Origin: Breznakia blatticola
Lineage (GTDB): Bacteria; Bacillota_I; Bacilli_A; Erysipelotrichales; Erysipelotrichaceae
Direction: 5' to 3'
NCBI RefSeq assembly: GCF_004365815.1
Contig: NZ_SODD01000013.1
Coordinates: 18,978-50,977, forward strand
Length of the DNA stretch: 32,000 nucleotides
In this document: positions 7,976 through 16,888 of the stretch, piece by piece
How the letters are laid out: every line of letters begins with the position of its first letter
Numbering within the stretch: position 1 is the first letter of the stretch
Program-made: the position numbers and the translations under genes
Notes under the pieces: model-generated
Databases searched by the model: none
What the model saw: only the letters and a program-made list of their open reading frames with translations
Told to the model about the DNA's origin: nothing

Positions 7976-9264
7976 AATGTTTCAACAATACGTTGTATCT
8001 CTTCAATTGCTTGCTTAGCATATGCTGCTTTACGCTCGCGTTTTTTCACTTTACTTTCCAATTGCATAATTCCAAAGTTTGCATTCATTGGTTGAAAGTA
8101 AGCTGGATTGGTGTGAGTAATATAGTATGCTTGTGCACCAATTGCAGTCGTCGGTGGTAAAATAATTGGCTCTTTTTCTTCTAATAGACGTGCCATATTA
8201 ATTCCAGCAAGTGCTCCACTTGCTGTACTTTCTACATAACCTTCGACTCCACACATTTGACCTGCAAAGAATAAGTTATCTCTGATTTGACTTTGGTATG
8301 TTTGCTTTAAACACTTCGGTGCACACATAAATGTATTACGGTGCATAACTCCATAACGAACAATTTCACAGTTTTCTAAACCTGGAATCATTTGTAATAT
8401 ACGTTTTTGTTCAGGCCATTTTAAATGCGTTTGAAACCCTACAATGTTGTATAACGTTGCAGCTGCATCATCTTGACGTAGTTGAACAACCGCATATGGT
8501 TTATGGTTCTCATCTTTTTCTAAACCAACTGGTTTCATCGGTCCAAAAAGTAAAGTTTTTTCTCCACGTTTTGCAATTTCTTCAAATGGCATACATCCTT
8601 CAAAGTATTTCTCATCTTCAAACTCTTTTGGTACAACTACTTCTGCATGAATAAGTTCTTGATAAAACTTTGTGAATTCTTCCTCACTCATTGGACAGTT
8701 GATATAATCAGCTTCCCCTTTATCATATCTAGATTTGTAGTATGCCTTTGTAAAGTCAATACTATCCTTTTCAATAATTGGAGCTGCTGCATCATAGAAA
8801 TGCAAATACTCTTGATCAAACAAATCTTTAATATGTTCAGAAAGCGCATCACTTGTTAGTGGTCCTGTTGCCACAATAACATTGCCTTCAGGAATTTCTG
8901 TGAGTTCTTCTTCAATTACTTCAACTAATGGATGTTCTTTAATAACTTTTGTGACAGAAGCACTAAAACCTGCTCGGTCTACAGCTAGTGCGCTACCGGC
9001 AGGTACTTGGTGCTCGTCAGCTTTACTAATGATTAGCGAATCTAACATACGTAGTTCTTCTTTCATAATTCCAACAGCATTTTCAAGTGCATTAGAACGT
9101 AATGAATTACTACATACGAGTTCGGCAAAATCACTTGTGTGGTGTGCAGCAGTCATTTTCTTTGGTCGCATTTCGTAAAGTTTTACTTTGATTCCTCGTT
9201 TAACGAGTTGCCAAGTAGCTTCACTTCCGGCCAAACCTGCACCGATGACGATTACTTCTTTCAT
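7972..9264 (-). CDS. trmFO: Folate-dependent tRNA (uracil54-C5)-methyltransferase TrmFO (Gid)
   Basis: The N-terminus has the FAD motif [13 protein letters not shown], followed by ...[10 protein letters not shown]... Length is 430 aa and the gene follows topA. Confidence 0.95.
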   Translation of the reverse strand: MKEVIVIGAGLAGSEATWQLVKRGIKVKLYEMRPKKMTAAHHTSDFAELVCSNSLRSNALENAVGIMKEELRMLDSLIISKADEHQVPAGSALAVDRAGFSASVTKVIKEHPLVEVIEEELTEIPEGNVIVATGPLTSDALSEHIKDLFDQEYLHFYDAAAPIIEKDSIDFTKAYYKSRYDKGEADYINCPMSEEEFTKFYQELIHAEVVVPKEFEDEKYFEGCMPFEEIAKRGEKTLLFGPMKPVGLEKDENHKPYAVVQLRQDDAAATLYNIVGFQTHLKWPEQKRILQMIPGLENCEIVRYGVMHRNTFMCAPKCLKQTYQSQIRDNLFFAGQMCGVEGYVESTASGALAGINMARLLEEKEPIILPPTTAIGAQAYYITHTNPAYFQPMNANFGIMQLESKVKKRERKAAYAKQAIEEIQRIVETL

Positions 9265-9265
9265 A

Positions 9266-11500
9266 TTATTCCTCAGATTCTGTACGACTAGCTTCTTTTG
9301 CTTTTGTCGTCTTTTTTGTTGTTGCTTTTTTTGTCGTTTTCTTTTTCGCCTTAGTTTCTACAACTTCTTCTGCTTCTGATTTTGCAGTTGCATCAACCTC
9401 TTCATCTTTTGGTTTTTCTTCTTTTTTAATATAACGGCATTTCGGATATCCTGAACATCCAACAAACATTTTTCCGTATCTTGATTTACGTTCAACTAAT
9501 GGCTTTCCACATTCAGGACACATCTCTCCCGTTTCTTTTGGTGGTTGGCGATCACTTTTAATGTATTTACATTCTGGATAATTTGCACACGCATAGAACT
9601 CACCAAAACGTCCACGCTTTTTCACTAATGGACCACCACATTTTGGACAGGTCTCATCAATTTTATCTTCTTCATCTTGTTTTACATATTTACATTCTGG
9701 ATAGTTGCTACAAGCAACAAAGTCTCCATAACGTCCTTTACGGATTACAAGTTCATGACCACATTCAGGACACATCTCACCTGTTTTCTCTGCTTCGATT
9801 TTTTCCATTTTGTCGTATGCTTCTTGCAATAATGGTTCAAAACGGTCATAGAATTTACGTAACTCTTTTACGTAATCCTTTTGTCCCTCAGCAATTTCAT
9901 CAAGTTCATTCTCCATTGCTGCTGTGTATTTCACATTAATGATATCAGAGAAGAATTCTTGTAATTTCTTATCTGTTAACTCCCCTTGTTCTGTTGGGAA
10001 GAATACTTTTGTTTTTGTTGTTTCTGTTGGTTTTCGTAAGTCTGCATATCCACGTGCTTGCAATGTATCAATAATCATTGCATATGTAGAAGGACGTCCG
10101 ATTCCTTGTTCTTCAAGTTCTTTAATTAAACGTGCTTCGCTATAACGTTTTGGTGGTTCAGTGAAGTGTTGTTTACCTTCAAGTTTCACATCATTTAAGA
10201 TTTCACCTTCTTCAAGTACTGGTAAGACTTCATCTTTACTTGATTCATAGTCTTTATATACTTTTAAGTACCCATCAAAAGTCAACACCGAACCTGTTGC
10301 ATTAAACTGTGCATCGTTATTTACGATTTGTACAACCATACTATCACTTTTTGCTGGTGCCATTAATGATGCAAGTGTACGTGCATAAATCAATTTATAT
10401 AGTTTATATTGATCTGCAGTTAAGTAACTTTTGATTGACTCAGGTGTACGATTCACATCAGTAACACGACATGCTTCATGGGCATCTTGTGAATTTGCAT
10501 CTTTCTTTTGACGCACACTTCCAACGTATTCTTTTCCGTACGTGCTTTCAATGTATGCAAGTGCACTACCTGTAAACACTTCACTTAAACGCGTTGAATC
10601 TGTACGCATGTAAGAGATAAGACCCTCAACACCCGTACCAATTTCAATACCTTCATATAGTTTTTGTGCAGTTGACATCGTCTTCTTTGCACTAAAATTT
10701 AACTTTGTACTTGCCTCTTGTTGTAATGATGAAGTAGTAAATGGCAGCTTAGAAGCTTTCTTCTTTACTTTCTTATCAATCGATTGCACAACATAATCAC
10801 CTGTACAAGAAGCTATGATTGCATCACTTTGTTCTTGGTTTGCGATTTTTGCAGTTTTTCCTTTATATTTTTTCAATTCAGCAACAAATGAATCATTTTT
10901 CTTATTCACTAATGCATCAATTGTCCAATATTCTTCTTGTATAAACGCACGAATTTCATTTTCACGTTCTATGATTAAATGTAATGCAACTGATTGTACA
11001 CGTCCAGCGGATTTACTTTTAATTTTTGAACGTAATAAAGTTGATAGACGAAACCCAATGATACGATCAAGAATACGTCTTGTTTCTTGTGACTTTACTA
11101 AATCTTGATCAATTTTTCTTGGATTTTCAAATGCTTCAATAACAGCAGGTTTTGTAATCTCATGAAAAATAATACGATTTTGTTTATCTTGATCTAAACC
11201 AAGTTCATCAGCTAAGTGCCAAGCGATCGCTTCTCCTTCACGGTCCGGATCACTTGCAAGATATACTTCATCACTTTTTTTGGCAAGTGCTTTCAATTCC
11301 TTTACAGTTGCTTTCTTTTCCTTACTTATTTTATAAGTTGGTTCGAAATTATTATCTACATCGATCCCTAACCCACCTTTTCCAGATGTGGCTAAATCAC
11401 GTATATGTCCTTTACTTGATACGACTTGAAAATCGCTACCAAGGTATTTTTCTATGGTCTTTGATTTGGAAGGTGACTCCACAATTACTAATTTTTTCAT
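9266..11500 (-). CDS. topA: DNA topoisomerase I with three C4 zinc ribbons and a Lys-rich tail
   Basis: The TOPRIM N-terminus is [21 protein letters not shown] and the active-site region is ISYMRTDS. Three repeats of CPxCG...C..YPxC are present. The tail reads [29 protein letters not shown] is present. Confidence 0.97.
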   Translation of the reverse strand: MKKLVIVESPSKSKTIEKYLGSDFQVVSSKGHIRDLATSGKGGLGIDVDNNFEPTYKISKEKKATVKELKALAKKSDEVYLASDPDREGEAIAWHLADELGLDQDKQNRIIFHEITKPAVIEAFENPRKIDQDLVKSQETRRILDRIIGFRLSTLLRSKIKSKSAGRVQSVALHLIIERENEIRAFIQEEYWTIDALVNKKNDSFVAELKKYKGKTAKIANQEQSDAIIASCTGDYVVQSIDKKVKKKASKLPFTTSSLQQEASTKLNFSAKKTMSTAQKLYEGIEIGTGVEGLISYMRTDSTRLSEVFTGSALAYIESTYGKEYVGSVRQKKDANSQDAHEACRVTDVNRTPESIKSYLTADQYKLYKLIYARTLASLMAPAKSDSMVVQIVNNDAQFNATGSVLTFDGYLKVYKDYESSKDEVLPVLEEGEILNDVKLEGKQHFTEPPKRYSEARLIKELEEQGIGRPSTYAMIIDTLQARGYADLRKPTETTKTKVFFPTEQGELTDKKLQEFFSDIINVKYTAAMENELDEIAEGQKDYVKELRKFYDRFEPLLQEAYDKMEKIEAEKTGEMCPECGHELVIRKGRYGDFVACSNYPECKYVKQDEEDKIDETCPKCGGPLVKKRGRFGEFYACANYPECKYIKSDRQPPKETGEMCPECGKPLVERKSRYGKMFVGCSGYPKCRYIKKEEKPKDEEVDATAKSEAEEVVETKAKKKTTKKATTKKTTKAKEASRTESEE

Positions 11501-11522
11501 TTACTACCTCCGACTTACATCA

Positions 11523-11550
11523 AGTATATTCACTTTTGTTCATTTGTCAA
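11523..11550 (-). promoter_or_regulatory. Candidate sigma-A promoter in front of topA
   Basis: The minus strand reads TTGACA (11550-11545), 16 nt, TATACT (11528-11523), located between the dprA stop and the topA RBS. Confidence 0.5.
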
Positions 11551-11553
11551 CAC

Positions 11554-12294
11554 CTACAATTCAGCGATTGTTTCATTATCTACGATAATGTTTGCCCCTT
11601 CTTGAATCAATACATTGCAACCACTTACATGATTTTCTACAAATGAATATGGAAATACATAGACTTCTTTATTTAGTTCAATTGCTTCATTTACCGTAAG
11701 CATAGTACCACTTCGTTTACTTGCTTCAATCACGATTAGTTTCTCACCAAGTGCTGCGATTAAACGATTGCGCAAAGGAAAATGAAATGAAAATGGACGC
11801 GATCCATTTGGATACTCACTTAACAATAAATGATGACTTTCAATTTCTTTATATAAAAAGCTATTGCACTTTGGATAGTGAATATCCAGTCCACAACCTA
11901 CAATGGCAATGGTCTTTCTTGTGTGCAGTGATAATTGATGGATATATGCATCTACTCCCTTAGCAAGTCCACTGACACTTACATATTCTTTGTTTACATA
12001 TCGCATAAGCGTTTCACAATTATATCTGCCTTGGCGAGTCATGATGCGCGAACCAACAACTGCAATTTTGCGTTTATTTAGTAATGATATATCCCCTTTA
12101 TAGTACAGAACATAGGGTGGATATTTTAACAACAGAAACTCTTGCGGATACACATCATCTAGTATTGTAATATATGGATCTGGATACGTAATGGATTCGT
12201 ATGCTTCATTATGTAAAATTGCTCTTTTAATTGCATGTACATCGCCATCATATTTCACACTATAATATAGTAATCTTTCTCTCATGTTATACAC
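11554..12294 (-). CDS. dprA: DNA processing protein DprA (Smf), short form
   Basis: The Rossmann-like core has IAVVGSRIMTRQG, SGLAKGVDAYIH and FPLRNRLIAAL. A GAGGTG RBS is present. Its position upstream of topA matches B. subtilis. At 246 aa it ends right after the core fold. Confidence 0.9.
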   Translation of the reverse strand: MYNMRERLLYYSVKYDGDVHAIKRAILHNEAYESITYPDPYITILDDVYPQEFLLLKYPPYVLYYKGDISLLNKRKIAVVGSRIMTRQGRYNCETLMRYVNKEYVSVSGLAKGVDAYIHQLSLHTRKTIAIVGCGLDIHYPKCNSFLYKEIESHHLLLSEYPNGSRPFSFHFPLRNRLIAALGEKLIVIEASKRSGTMLTVNEAIELNKEVYVFPYSFVENHVSGCNVLIQEGANIIVDNETIAEL

Positions 12295-12312
12295 CTCTGT
12301 ATATATATAGGA

Positions 12313-12345
12313 AGAAAAAAAGAAATATCCTTGATAGATACTTCT
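12313..12345 (-). terminator. Rho-independent terminator after rnhB
   Basis: The minus strand reads AGAAGTATC-tatcaag-GATATTTCT (9 bp including one G-U) followed by TTTTTTC. It starts 4 nt after the rnhB stop. Confidence 0.6.
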
Positions 12346-12348
12346 TTA

Positions 12349-12969
12349 CTAAAAATCAAAATGCATTTGTAGTGCTCTAGCGACCGGTGCATAACTGCGT
12401 CGATGGATTGGCAGTACTCCATATGTATTAAGTGCAGCCATATGTTGTTTGGTTGGATATCCTTTATGCTTATCAAATCCATACTCTGGATACATTTTAC
12501 TATATTCTTTCATTATACGATCACGGGTTACTTTCGCAAGAATGCTTGCCGCTGCAATATTAACACTTTTTTGATCACCTTTAATTATAGGTTCAACAAT
12601 TTTTCCTTCAACTTGAAATTTCATCGCATCACTTAAAACAACATCAGCAATTTCACACTCAGCAGCAATTTTCATCATCGTTTGTTTTGTTGCTTCGTAG
12701 ATATTTAAACGATCAATTGTCGCTTCATCGATAATTTCAATAGAAAAATATAGTGCTTCTTCTTTTATATAGTCATAAAGTGCTTCACGCTTTTTTTCAC
12801 TAAGCTTTTTTGAATCATAAATCTCGGGATGACTAAATCCCATTGGAAAACATACACCTGCAACAACTAGTGGACCAGCCAAAGGACCTCGCCCAGCTTC
12901 ATCGATACCGATTACTTGTTGGTAGCCTTGGTTTTCGTATTGTATTTCATACTCATTCGTGCACTGCAT
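12349..12969 (-). CDS. rnhB: Ribonuclease HII
   Basis: Motifs include GIDEAGRGPLAGPLV (catalytic DE) and ASILAKVTRD. I prefer the ATG at 12969, which has a GGGAG RBS 7 nt upstream. The track start at 13008 is a GTG with no RBS. The preferred start gives a 17-nt overlap with rbgA. Confidence 0.9.
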   Translation of the reverse strand: MQCTNEYEIQYENQGYQQVIGIDEAGRGPLAGPLVVAGVCFPMGFSHPEIYDSKKLSEKKREALYDYIKEEALYFSIEIIDEATIDRLNIYEATKQTMMKIAAECEIADVVLSDAMKFQVEGKIVEPIIKGDQKSVNIAAASILAKVTRDRIMKEYSKMYPEYGFDKHKGYPTKQHMAALNTYGVLPIHRRSYAPVARALQMHFDF

Positions 12970-13825
12970 CAGTTCGCTCCCAAGTAATCTTTCCAAAACG
13001 ATTGGCACGAATATCTTTCATAAACGTTTCAATTGTTCGATTGTAATCAACTTCATTTCCTTTTTGAAGTAAGTTTCGATTTCTTCCAATCTCTAAAAAT
13101 AACTTATAGTTATTTTCAATGATAGTTACACCATATGCTTCCTGCAGACGCTCTGGAAAATACGCTTTTAGATATTTTAAGGCAGCATACGCTACTTCTT
13201 CTAGTGGTAATACTTGATCACGAATTGCTCCAGTAATCGCAAGTAAGATCCCAATTTGCTCATCTTCAAATTTTGGCCATAATACACCTGGTGTATCGAG
13301 TAATTCAATATCCTTATTTACTTTTACCCAACGTGTATTTTTTGTAACTCCTGGGCGATCACCAGTAACTAGTGTTTTCTTAGCAGCTATTTGATTAATT
13401 AGCGTACTTTTTCCAACATTTGGAATTCCACACACCATACAACGCACTGCACGTGGATTCATTCCCTTTTTTATTTGTCGTTCTCGTTTTTCTTTCATTA
13501 AAAACAGTGCATTTTCACTGATGATTTTTTTCACGTTATCATGCAGTACATCTACACCAACAACAACTGTATACTCATTCGATAGTAATTGAATCCACCG
13601 TTTTGTTTCTTCATCTTCTGCTTTATCGATTTTTGTTAAAACAATTAGTCTTGGTTTTTGTCCGACCAATTCATCTATCAACGGGTTCTTTGAAGCATTT
13701 GGTACACGTGCATCACGCAATTCGATTACCATGTCGACCATCGATAACATACTTTGCATTTCACGTTTAGCCTTGGTCATATGCCCAGGAAACCATTGTA
13801 TATTTAGTTTTTGATTACTCATCAT
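12953..13825 (-). CDS. rbgA: Ribosome biogenesis GTPase A (YlqF)
   Basis: The protein has IQWFPGHMTKA and a circularly permuted GTPase order (LTKIDK G4 before GIPNVGKST G1, then DTPG G3). Length is 290 aa. Confidence 0.93.
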   Translation of the reverse strand: MMSNQKLNIQWFPGHMTKAKREMQSMLSMVDMVIELRDARVPNASKNPLIDELVGQKPRLIVLTKIDKAEDEETKRWIQLLSNEYTVVVGVDVLHDNVKKIISENALFLMKEKRERQIKKGMNPRAVRCMVCGIPNVGKSTLINQIAAKKTLVTGDRPGVTKNTRWVKVNKDIELLDTPGVLWPKFEDEQIGILLAITGAIRDQVLPLEEVAYAALKYLKAYFPERLQEAYGVTIIENNYKLFLEIGRNRNLLQKGNEVDYNRTIETFMKDIRANRFGKITWERTDAVHE

Positions 13826-14426
13826 TACTCACCATCCCTATTTTATCAAATGGATATAACACGAGAACATTCTTGCTAATAATCGAACTACGCTTAAACG
13901 GTCCAATTCCAGCTGCTCTTGAATCTCTAGATACTGGACGATTATCCCCTAGTAAAAAATATTCATCTTCACCTAGGACAATAGGTTCTACATCGTGGGT
14001 AAACGTGTTTCCATAATTACGATCCCCGATTTGTGTTTCCATATACGCTTTATTTAAAAATGGTTCCTCTACCGGTTTTCCATTAATGTACAACTGATCA
14101 TCAAAGTACTCGATTTCCTCTCCAGGCAAACCAATCACTCGTTTCACCCACAAGTCATCTCCAGTTTTTTCATCTTGGACAACAACGACATCGAAACGTT
14201 CAATTTCACTAGTTAATCCTGCAAAGACATTGGAAAATCCAAATTCTTGATCTTCTAATGTTGGATACATACTACTACCAGAAACGGTTATTGGGCGAAA
14301 GAAGAACTTCACACACAAAAAAACCAAAACAAAACATATAAGGACCATCTTAATAAAGTCTAATATTTCTGTTTTCGTCTCATTTACCTTTTTTGTTTCT
14401 GTATTGACATTTGTCTCGTTCATCAT
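13815..14426 (-). CDS. lepB: Signal peptidase I
   Basis: An N-terminal TM segment is followed by SGSSMYPTL (catalytic Ser), KRVIGLPGE (catalytic Lys box) and GDNRPVSRDSR. Confidence 0.9.
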   Translation of the reverse strand: MMNETNVNTETKKVNETKTEILDFIKMVLICFVLVFLCVKFFFRPITVSGSSMYPTLEDQEFGFSNVFAGLTSEIERFDVVVVQDEKTGDDLWVKRVIGLPGEEIEYFDDQLYINGKPVEEPFLNKAYMETQIGDRNYGNTFTHDVEPIVLGEDEYFLLGDNRPVSRDSRAAGIGPFKRSSIISKNVLVLYPFDKIGMVSNDE

Positions 14427-14501
14427 CGCTTATTATACCATTATTCCTTTATGTTTCACACAATGAAACATATAATTTACAACATTTCTTAACCTGATTA
14501 T

Positions 14502-14531
14502 GGAAAAGAAAAGATGCACATTCGTGCATCT
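14502..14531 (-). terminator. Rho-independent terminator after rplS
   Basis: The minus strand reads AGATGCAC-gaat-GTGCATCT followed by TTTTCTTTTC, 6 nt after the rplS stop. Confidence 0.7.
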
Positions 14532-14537
14532 AATAGA

Positions 14538-14888
14538 TTATCTACGGATTTCTTTAATTCTTGCAGCTTTTCCACTACGTCCTTTAAGGTAACGTAATTT
14601 ATTTCTACGAACTTTACCATGACGTACAACTTCGATTTTATCGATAATTGGTGAATGTAATGGGAATGTTCTTTCAACTCCGATTTGGTTAGAGATTTTA
14701 CGAACTGTGAAAGTTTCAGCAATTCCTCCACCTTTTTGTGCAACTACTACACCTTCAAATACCTGGATTCTTGATTTGTCACCCTCTTTAATGCGAACGT
14801 GAACTTTTACTGTAGCTCCACTACGGAATGCAGGGATATCAGATTTAATTTGTTTTTTTGTTACTTCATTAACTAAATTTAAATTCAT
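14538..14888 (-). CDS. rplS: 50S ribosomal protein L19
   Basis: The sequence is [48 protein letters not shown]... The ATG at 14888 has AAGGAG 7 nt upstream. The track start at 14927 adds 13 aa with no RBS. Confidence 0.95.
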   Translation of the reverse strand: MNLNLVNEVTKKQIKSDIPAFRSGATVKVHVRIKEGDKSRIQVFEGVVVAQKGGGIAETFTVRKISNQIGVERTFPLHSPIIDKIEVVRHGKVRRNKLRYLKGRSGKAARIKEIRR

Positions 14889-14970
14889 TTTCTTTCTCCT
14901 TTTCTTTAGTAATACAGATTGGTTCATAATCCGTTATTACCGGATAAGCGGAACCCTGCAGCCAACAGGC
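14889..14970 (-). promoter_or_regulatory. Structured rplS 5' leader, possibly the L19 ribosomal-protein leader
   Basis: trmD and rplS are separated by 152 nt. The minus strand contains nested helices GGTTC-cgctt-ATCCG-gtaataa-CGGAT-tat-GAACC (14955-14921), preceded by GCC-tgtt-GGC. An L19 autoregulatory leader is known upstream of rplS in low-GC Gram-positives. I could not align this sequence to that model by eye. Confidence 0.45.
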
Positions 14971-14976
14971 TTATAT

Positions 14977-15005
14977 ATAATAGCAAATTTCAGCATTAAT
15001 GTAAA
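14977..15005 (-). promoter_or_regulatory. Candidate internal sigma-A promoter for rplS
   Basis: The minus strand reads TTTACA (15005-15000), 17 nt, TATTAT (14982-14977). Confidence 0.45.
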
Positions 15006-15040
15006 CCAAAAATTACTGAATTTCACCATAGTTTTATGAC

Positions 15041-15796
15041 TTATTGATTTTCATCATTCGAAGTTTGTTTTTTATTTTCTTCATCCATCACTTCTTGTAA
15101 TAACTTTTGTTCTTCGCTTGTAAATGTTCGTCCATCTAGCAAATCTGGACGACGCAAGTAAGTTTTACGTAAGGATTCTTTCAATCGCCATTTGCGAATA
15201 TTTTCATGATGTCCACTCATCAATACATCGGGTACTTTTTTACCATCGTATTCTACTGGGCGTGTGTATTGTGGATATTCAAGTAAGCCATTTTCAAATG
15301 AATCATCTTCATGAGAATCACTACGAATTACTCCATCACGTAAACGAATGATGGCATCACTTAAAACAAGCGCTGCTGGCTCTCCACCAGTTAGCACAAA
15401 ATCACCGATACTTACTTCTTCATCAACATAATCACGAATTCTTTCATCAAATCCTTCATAGTGTCCACACAGCAGGACAATATCATCGTGTTCAGCTAAC
15501 TCGCGTACAAGTTTTTGCGTCATCTTCTTCCCTTGCGGACTCAACATAACAACTTTACTGTTTGCTTTTGTATTTGCCTTTAATGCATCTACAATTGGTT
15601 GACATGCAAGTAGCATCCCTGCTCCTCCTCCACAAATCGTATCATCTACATTATTATGTTTATCTAATGTGTAATCACGAAAGTTTATCGCTGTAAACTG
15701 TACACTTTCTTTATCAAGGGCACGTTTAATAATTGATGTTTCCTTGAAGGAATCAAAAAAATTTGGAAATAGTGTCAACACTTTGATTTCCATCAT
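15041..15796 (-). CDS. trmD: tRNA (guanine37-N1)-methyltransferase
   Basis: Motifs include VLTLFPNFF, GGGAGMLL and LLCGHYEGFDERI. The gene sits between rimM and rplS and its start overlaps the rimM stop. Confidence 0.95.
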   Translation of the reverse strand: MMEIKVLTLFPNFFDSFKETSIIKRALDKESVQFTAINFRDYTLDKHNNVDDTICGGGAGMLLACQPIVDALKANTKANSKVVMLSPQGKKMTQKLVRELAEHDDIVLLCGHYEGFDERIRDYVDEEVSIGDFVLTGGEPAALVLSDAIIRLRDGVIRSDSHEDDSFENGLLEYPQYTRPVEYDGKKVPDVLMSGHHENIRKWRLKESLRKTYLRRPDLLDGRTFTSEEQKLLQEVMDEENKKQTSNDENQ

Positions 15797-16272
15797 AATA
15801 ATCCCTCAATTACTTCAATTACAATTTGTTTTTGATCTAAATCAACAGACTTTACAAATGCATCCACAAATGGAATTAAGATTTTTTGATTCACTCGCAT
15901 AATTGGATTTGCAGCTGTATCAATCATTTCATCCACAATACCAAGCGACGTTCCATGCTGATCGATTACTTCACAACCTACAAGATCAAAGAAATAGTAA
16001 CCTTTGCCATCATCTTTAATATCTTCACGGTTTACGAACACTTTTTCACCTTTGTATTTTTCGACTAAGTTGATATCTAAAAGTTCTTTGAATGCAACTA
16101 ATGCCATCCCTTTATTCATACGAAAACTATGTACAACTAAAGGTAAGTCGCCAACAAATACCGTATTTCCAACTTTAAAACGTTCATTTGCGAAATCTGT
16201 ATCCAGTTTAATTTTTAATTCCCCACGTAATCCGTGAGTATTTACAATTTGTCCAATTTCTATTTTTTCCAT
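15793..16272 (-). CDS. rimM: 16S rRNA processing protein RimM
   Basis: The sequence is MEKIEIGQIVNTHGLRGELKI... with a PRC-barrel C-terminus. The ATG at 16272 has AAGGTGA 5 nt upstream. The track start at 16320 would run through the terminator hairpin. Confidence 0.9.
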   Translation of the reverse strand: MEKIEIGQIVNTHGLRGELKIKLDTDFANERFKVGNTVFVGDLPLVVHSFRMNKGMALVAFKELLDINLVEKYKGEKVFVNREDIKDDGKGYYFFDLVGCEVIDQHGTSLGIVDEMIDTAANPIMRVNQKILIPFVDAFVKSVDLDQKQIVIEVIEGLL

Positions 16273-16283
16273 ACATTCACCTT

Positions 16284-16308
16284 TTAAAAAAGGATGCGTC
16301 TGCATCCT
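16284..16308 (-). terminator. Intra-operon intrinsic terminator-like hairpin between the KH-domain gene and rimM
   Basis: The minus strand reads AGGATGC-agac-GCATCCT followed by TTTTT. The stem overlaps the TAG stop of the KH gene and the U-tract abuts the rimM RBS. Confidence 0.5.
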
Positions 16309-16552
16309 AATATGATTCAAATTTAATTGTGATCATTTTATTCTCTGTACGAGATGCAATAGACATCATCTGACGAAGACTGCTTGCCATAATTCCACGA
16401 CGCCCGATAAGACGAGCAACATCTTCAGAACTTGCATATACATTTAAGAGAACTTCATCATCTTCAAGTGTTGGTAAGACTTTCACTGATAGTGATTCTT
16501 TATTATCAACAATTGGAGTGATTAGATCCAACATGATTCTTTCGTAATTCAT
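16307..16552 (-). CDS. KH-domain RNA-binding protein (YlqC/UPF0109 family)
   Basis: This 81-aa protein has the LIGRRGIMASSLR (GxxG KH) motif. Its position between rpsP and rimM is conserved. Confidence 0.85.
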   Translation of the reverse strand: MNYERIMLDLITPIVDNKESLSVKVLPTLEDDEVLLNVYASSEDVARLIGRRGIMASSLRQMMSIASRTENKMITIKFESY

Positions 16553-16557
16553 GACGA

Positions 16558-16830
16558 TTATTTACTGTTTTTTTCGTCGTGTAATTTCTTTAGAACTCCT
16601 TGTTTAGATAAAATTGTACGTACTGTATCTGATGGTTGTGCACCATTTTTAATCCAGTTCATTGCTTTTTCTTCATCTAAAGTAATTTGTGCAGGGTCTA
16701 AGTTTGGGTTGTATGTTCCGATTGCTTCAATAATTCTTCCATCACGAGGACTTCTTGAATCTGCAGCTACGATACGGTAGTATGCATACCCTTTTTTACC
16801 CATTCTTTTTAATCTTAATTTAACAGCCAT
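16558..16830 (-). CDS. rpsP: 30S ribosomal protein S16
   Basis: The sequence is [35 protein letters not shown]... An AAGGAG RBS is present. Confidence 0.97.
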   Translation of the reverse strand: MAVKLRLKRMGKKGYAYYRIVAADSRSPRDGRIIEAIGTYNPNLDPAQITLDEEKAMNWIKNGAQPSDTVRTILSKQGVLKKLHDEKNSK

Positions 16831-16860
16831 TGTGTTTCTCCTTCTAATTTTTACTCAGTA

Positions 16861-16888
16861 ATCATACCATAAAAAATAAAGGTGTCAA
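16861..16888 (-). promoter_or_regulatory. Candidate sigma-A promoter of the rpsP operon (perfect -35, extended -10)
   Basis: The minus strand reads TTGACA (16888-16883), 16 nt ending in TGg, TATGAT (16866-16861). The -35 lies inside the descending arm of the comG terminator. Confidence 0.55.

Noticed and set aside
8457-9379. Series of plus-strand ORFs antisense to trmFO/topA, with similar antisense ORFs over the adhesin, comG, PBP, nfo and helicase genes
   Set aside because: All are 60-130 aa, lie antisense to strongly supported genes, lack RBSs, and have low-complexity Leu/Phe/Ser/Cys-rich composition expected from the antisense of AT-rich coding DNA.
12282-12482. 66-aa ORF spanning the rnhB 3' end and the rnhB-dprA spacer
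   Set aside because: It is off-frame relative to rnhB and runs through the terminator hairpin at 12313-12345. It has no RBS.
14498-14743. 81-aa minus-strand ORF overlapping rplS in another frame
   Set aside because: It lies entirely within rplS and its terminator. It has no RBS and no recognisable motifs.
14889-14927. N-terminally extended starts offered by the ORF track (rplS 14927, rimM 16320, rnhB 13008, comGC 18578, ispG 23607, cshB 27077, comGA 20456, comGB 19558)
   Set aside because: In each case an internal ATG has a properly spaced GGAGG-type RBS and matches the conserved family N-terminus. The longer versions start at GTG/TTG or run through terminators, promoters or the upstream gene.
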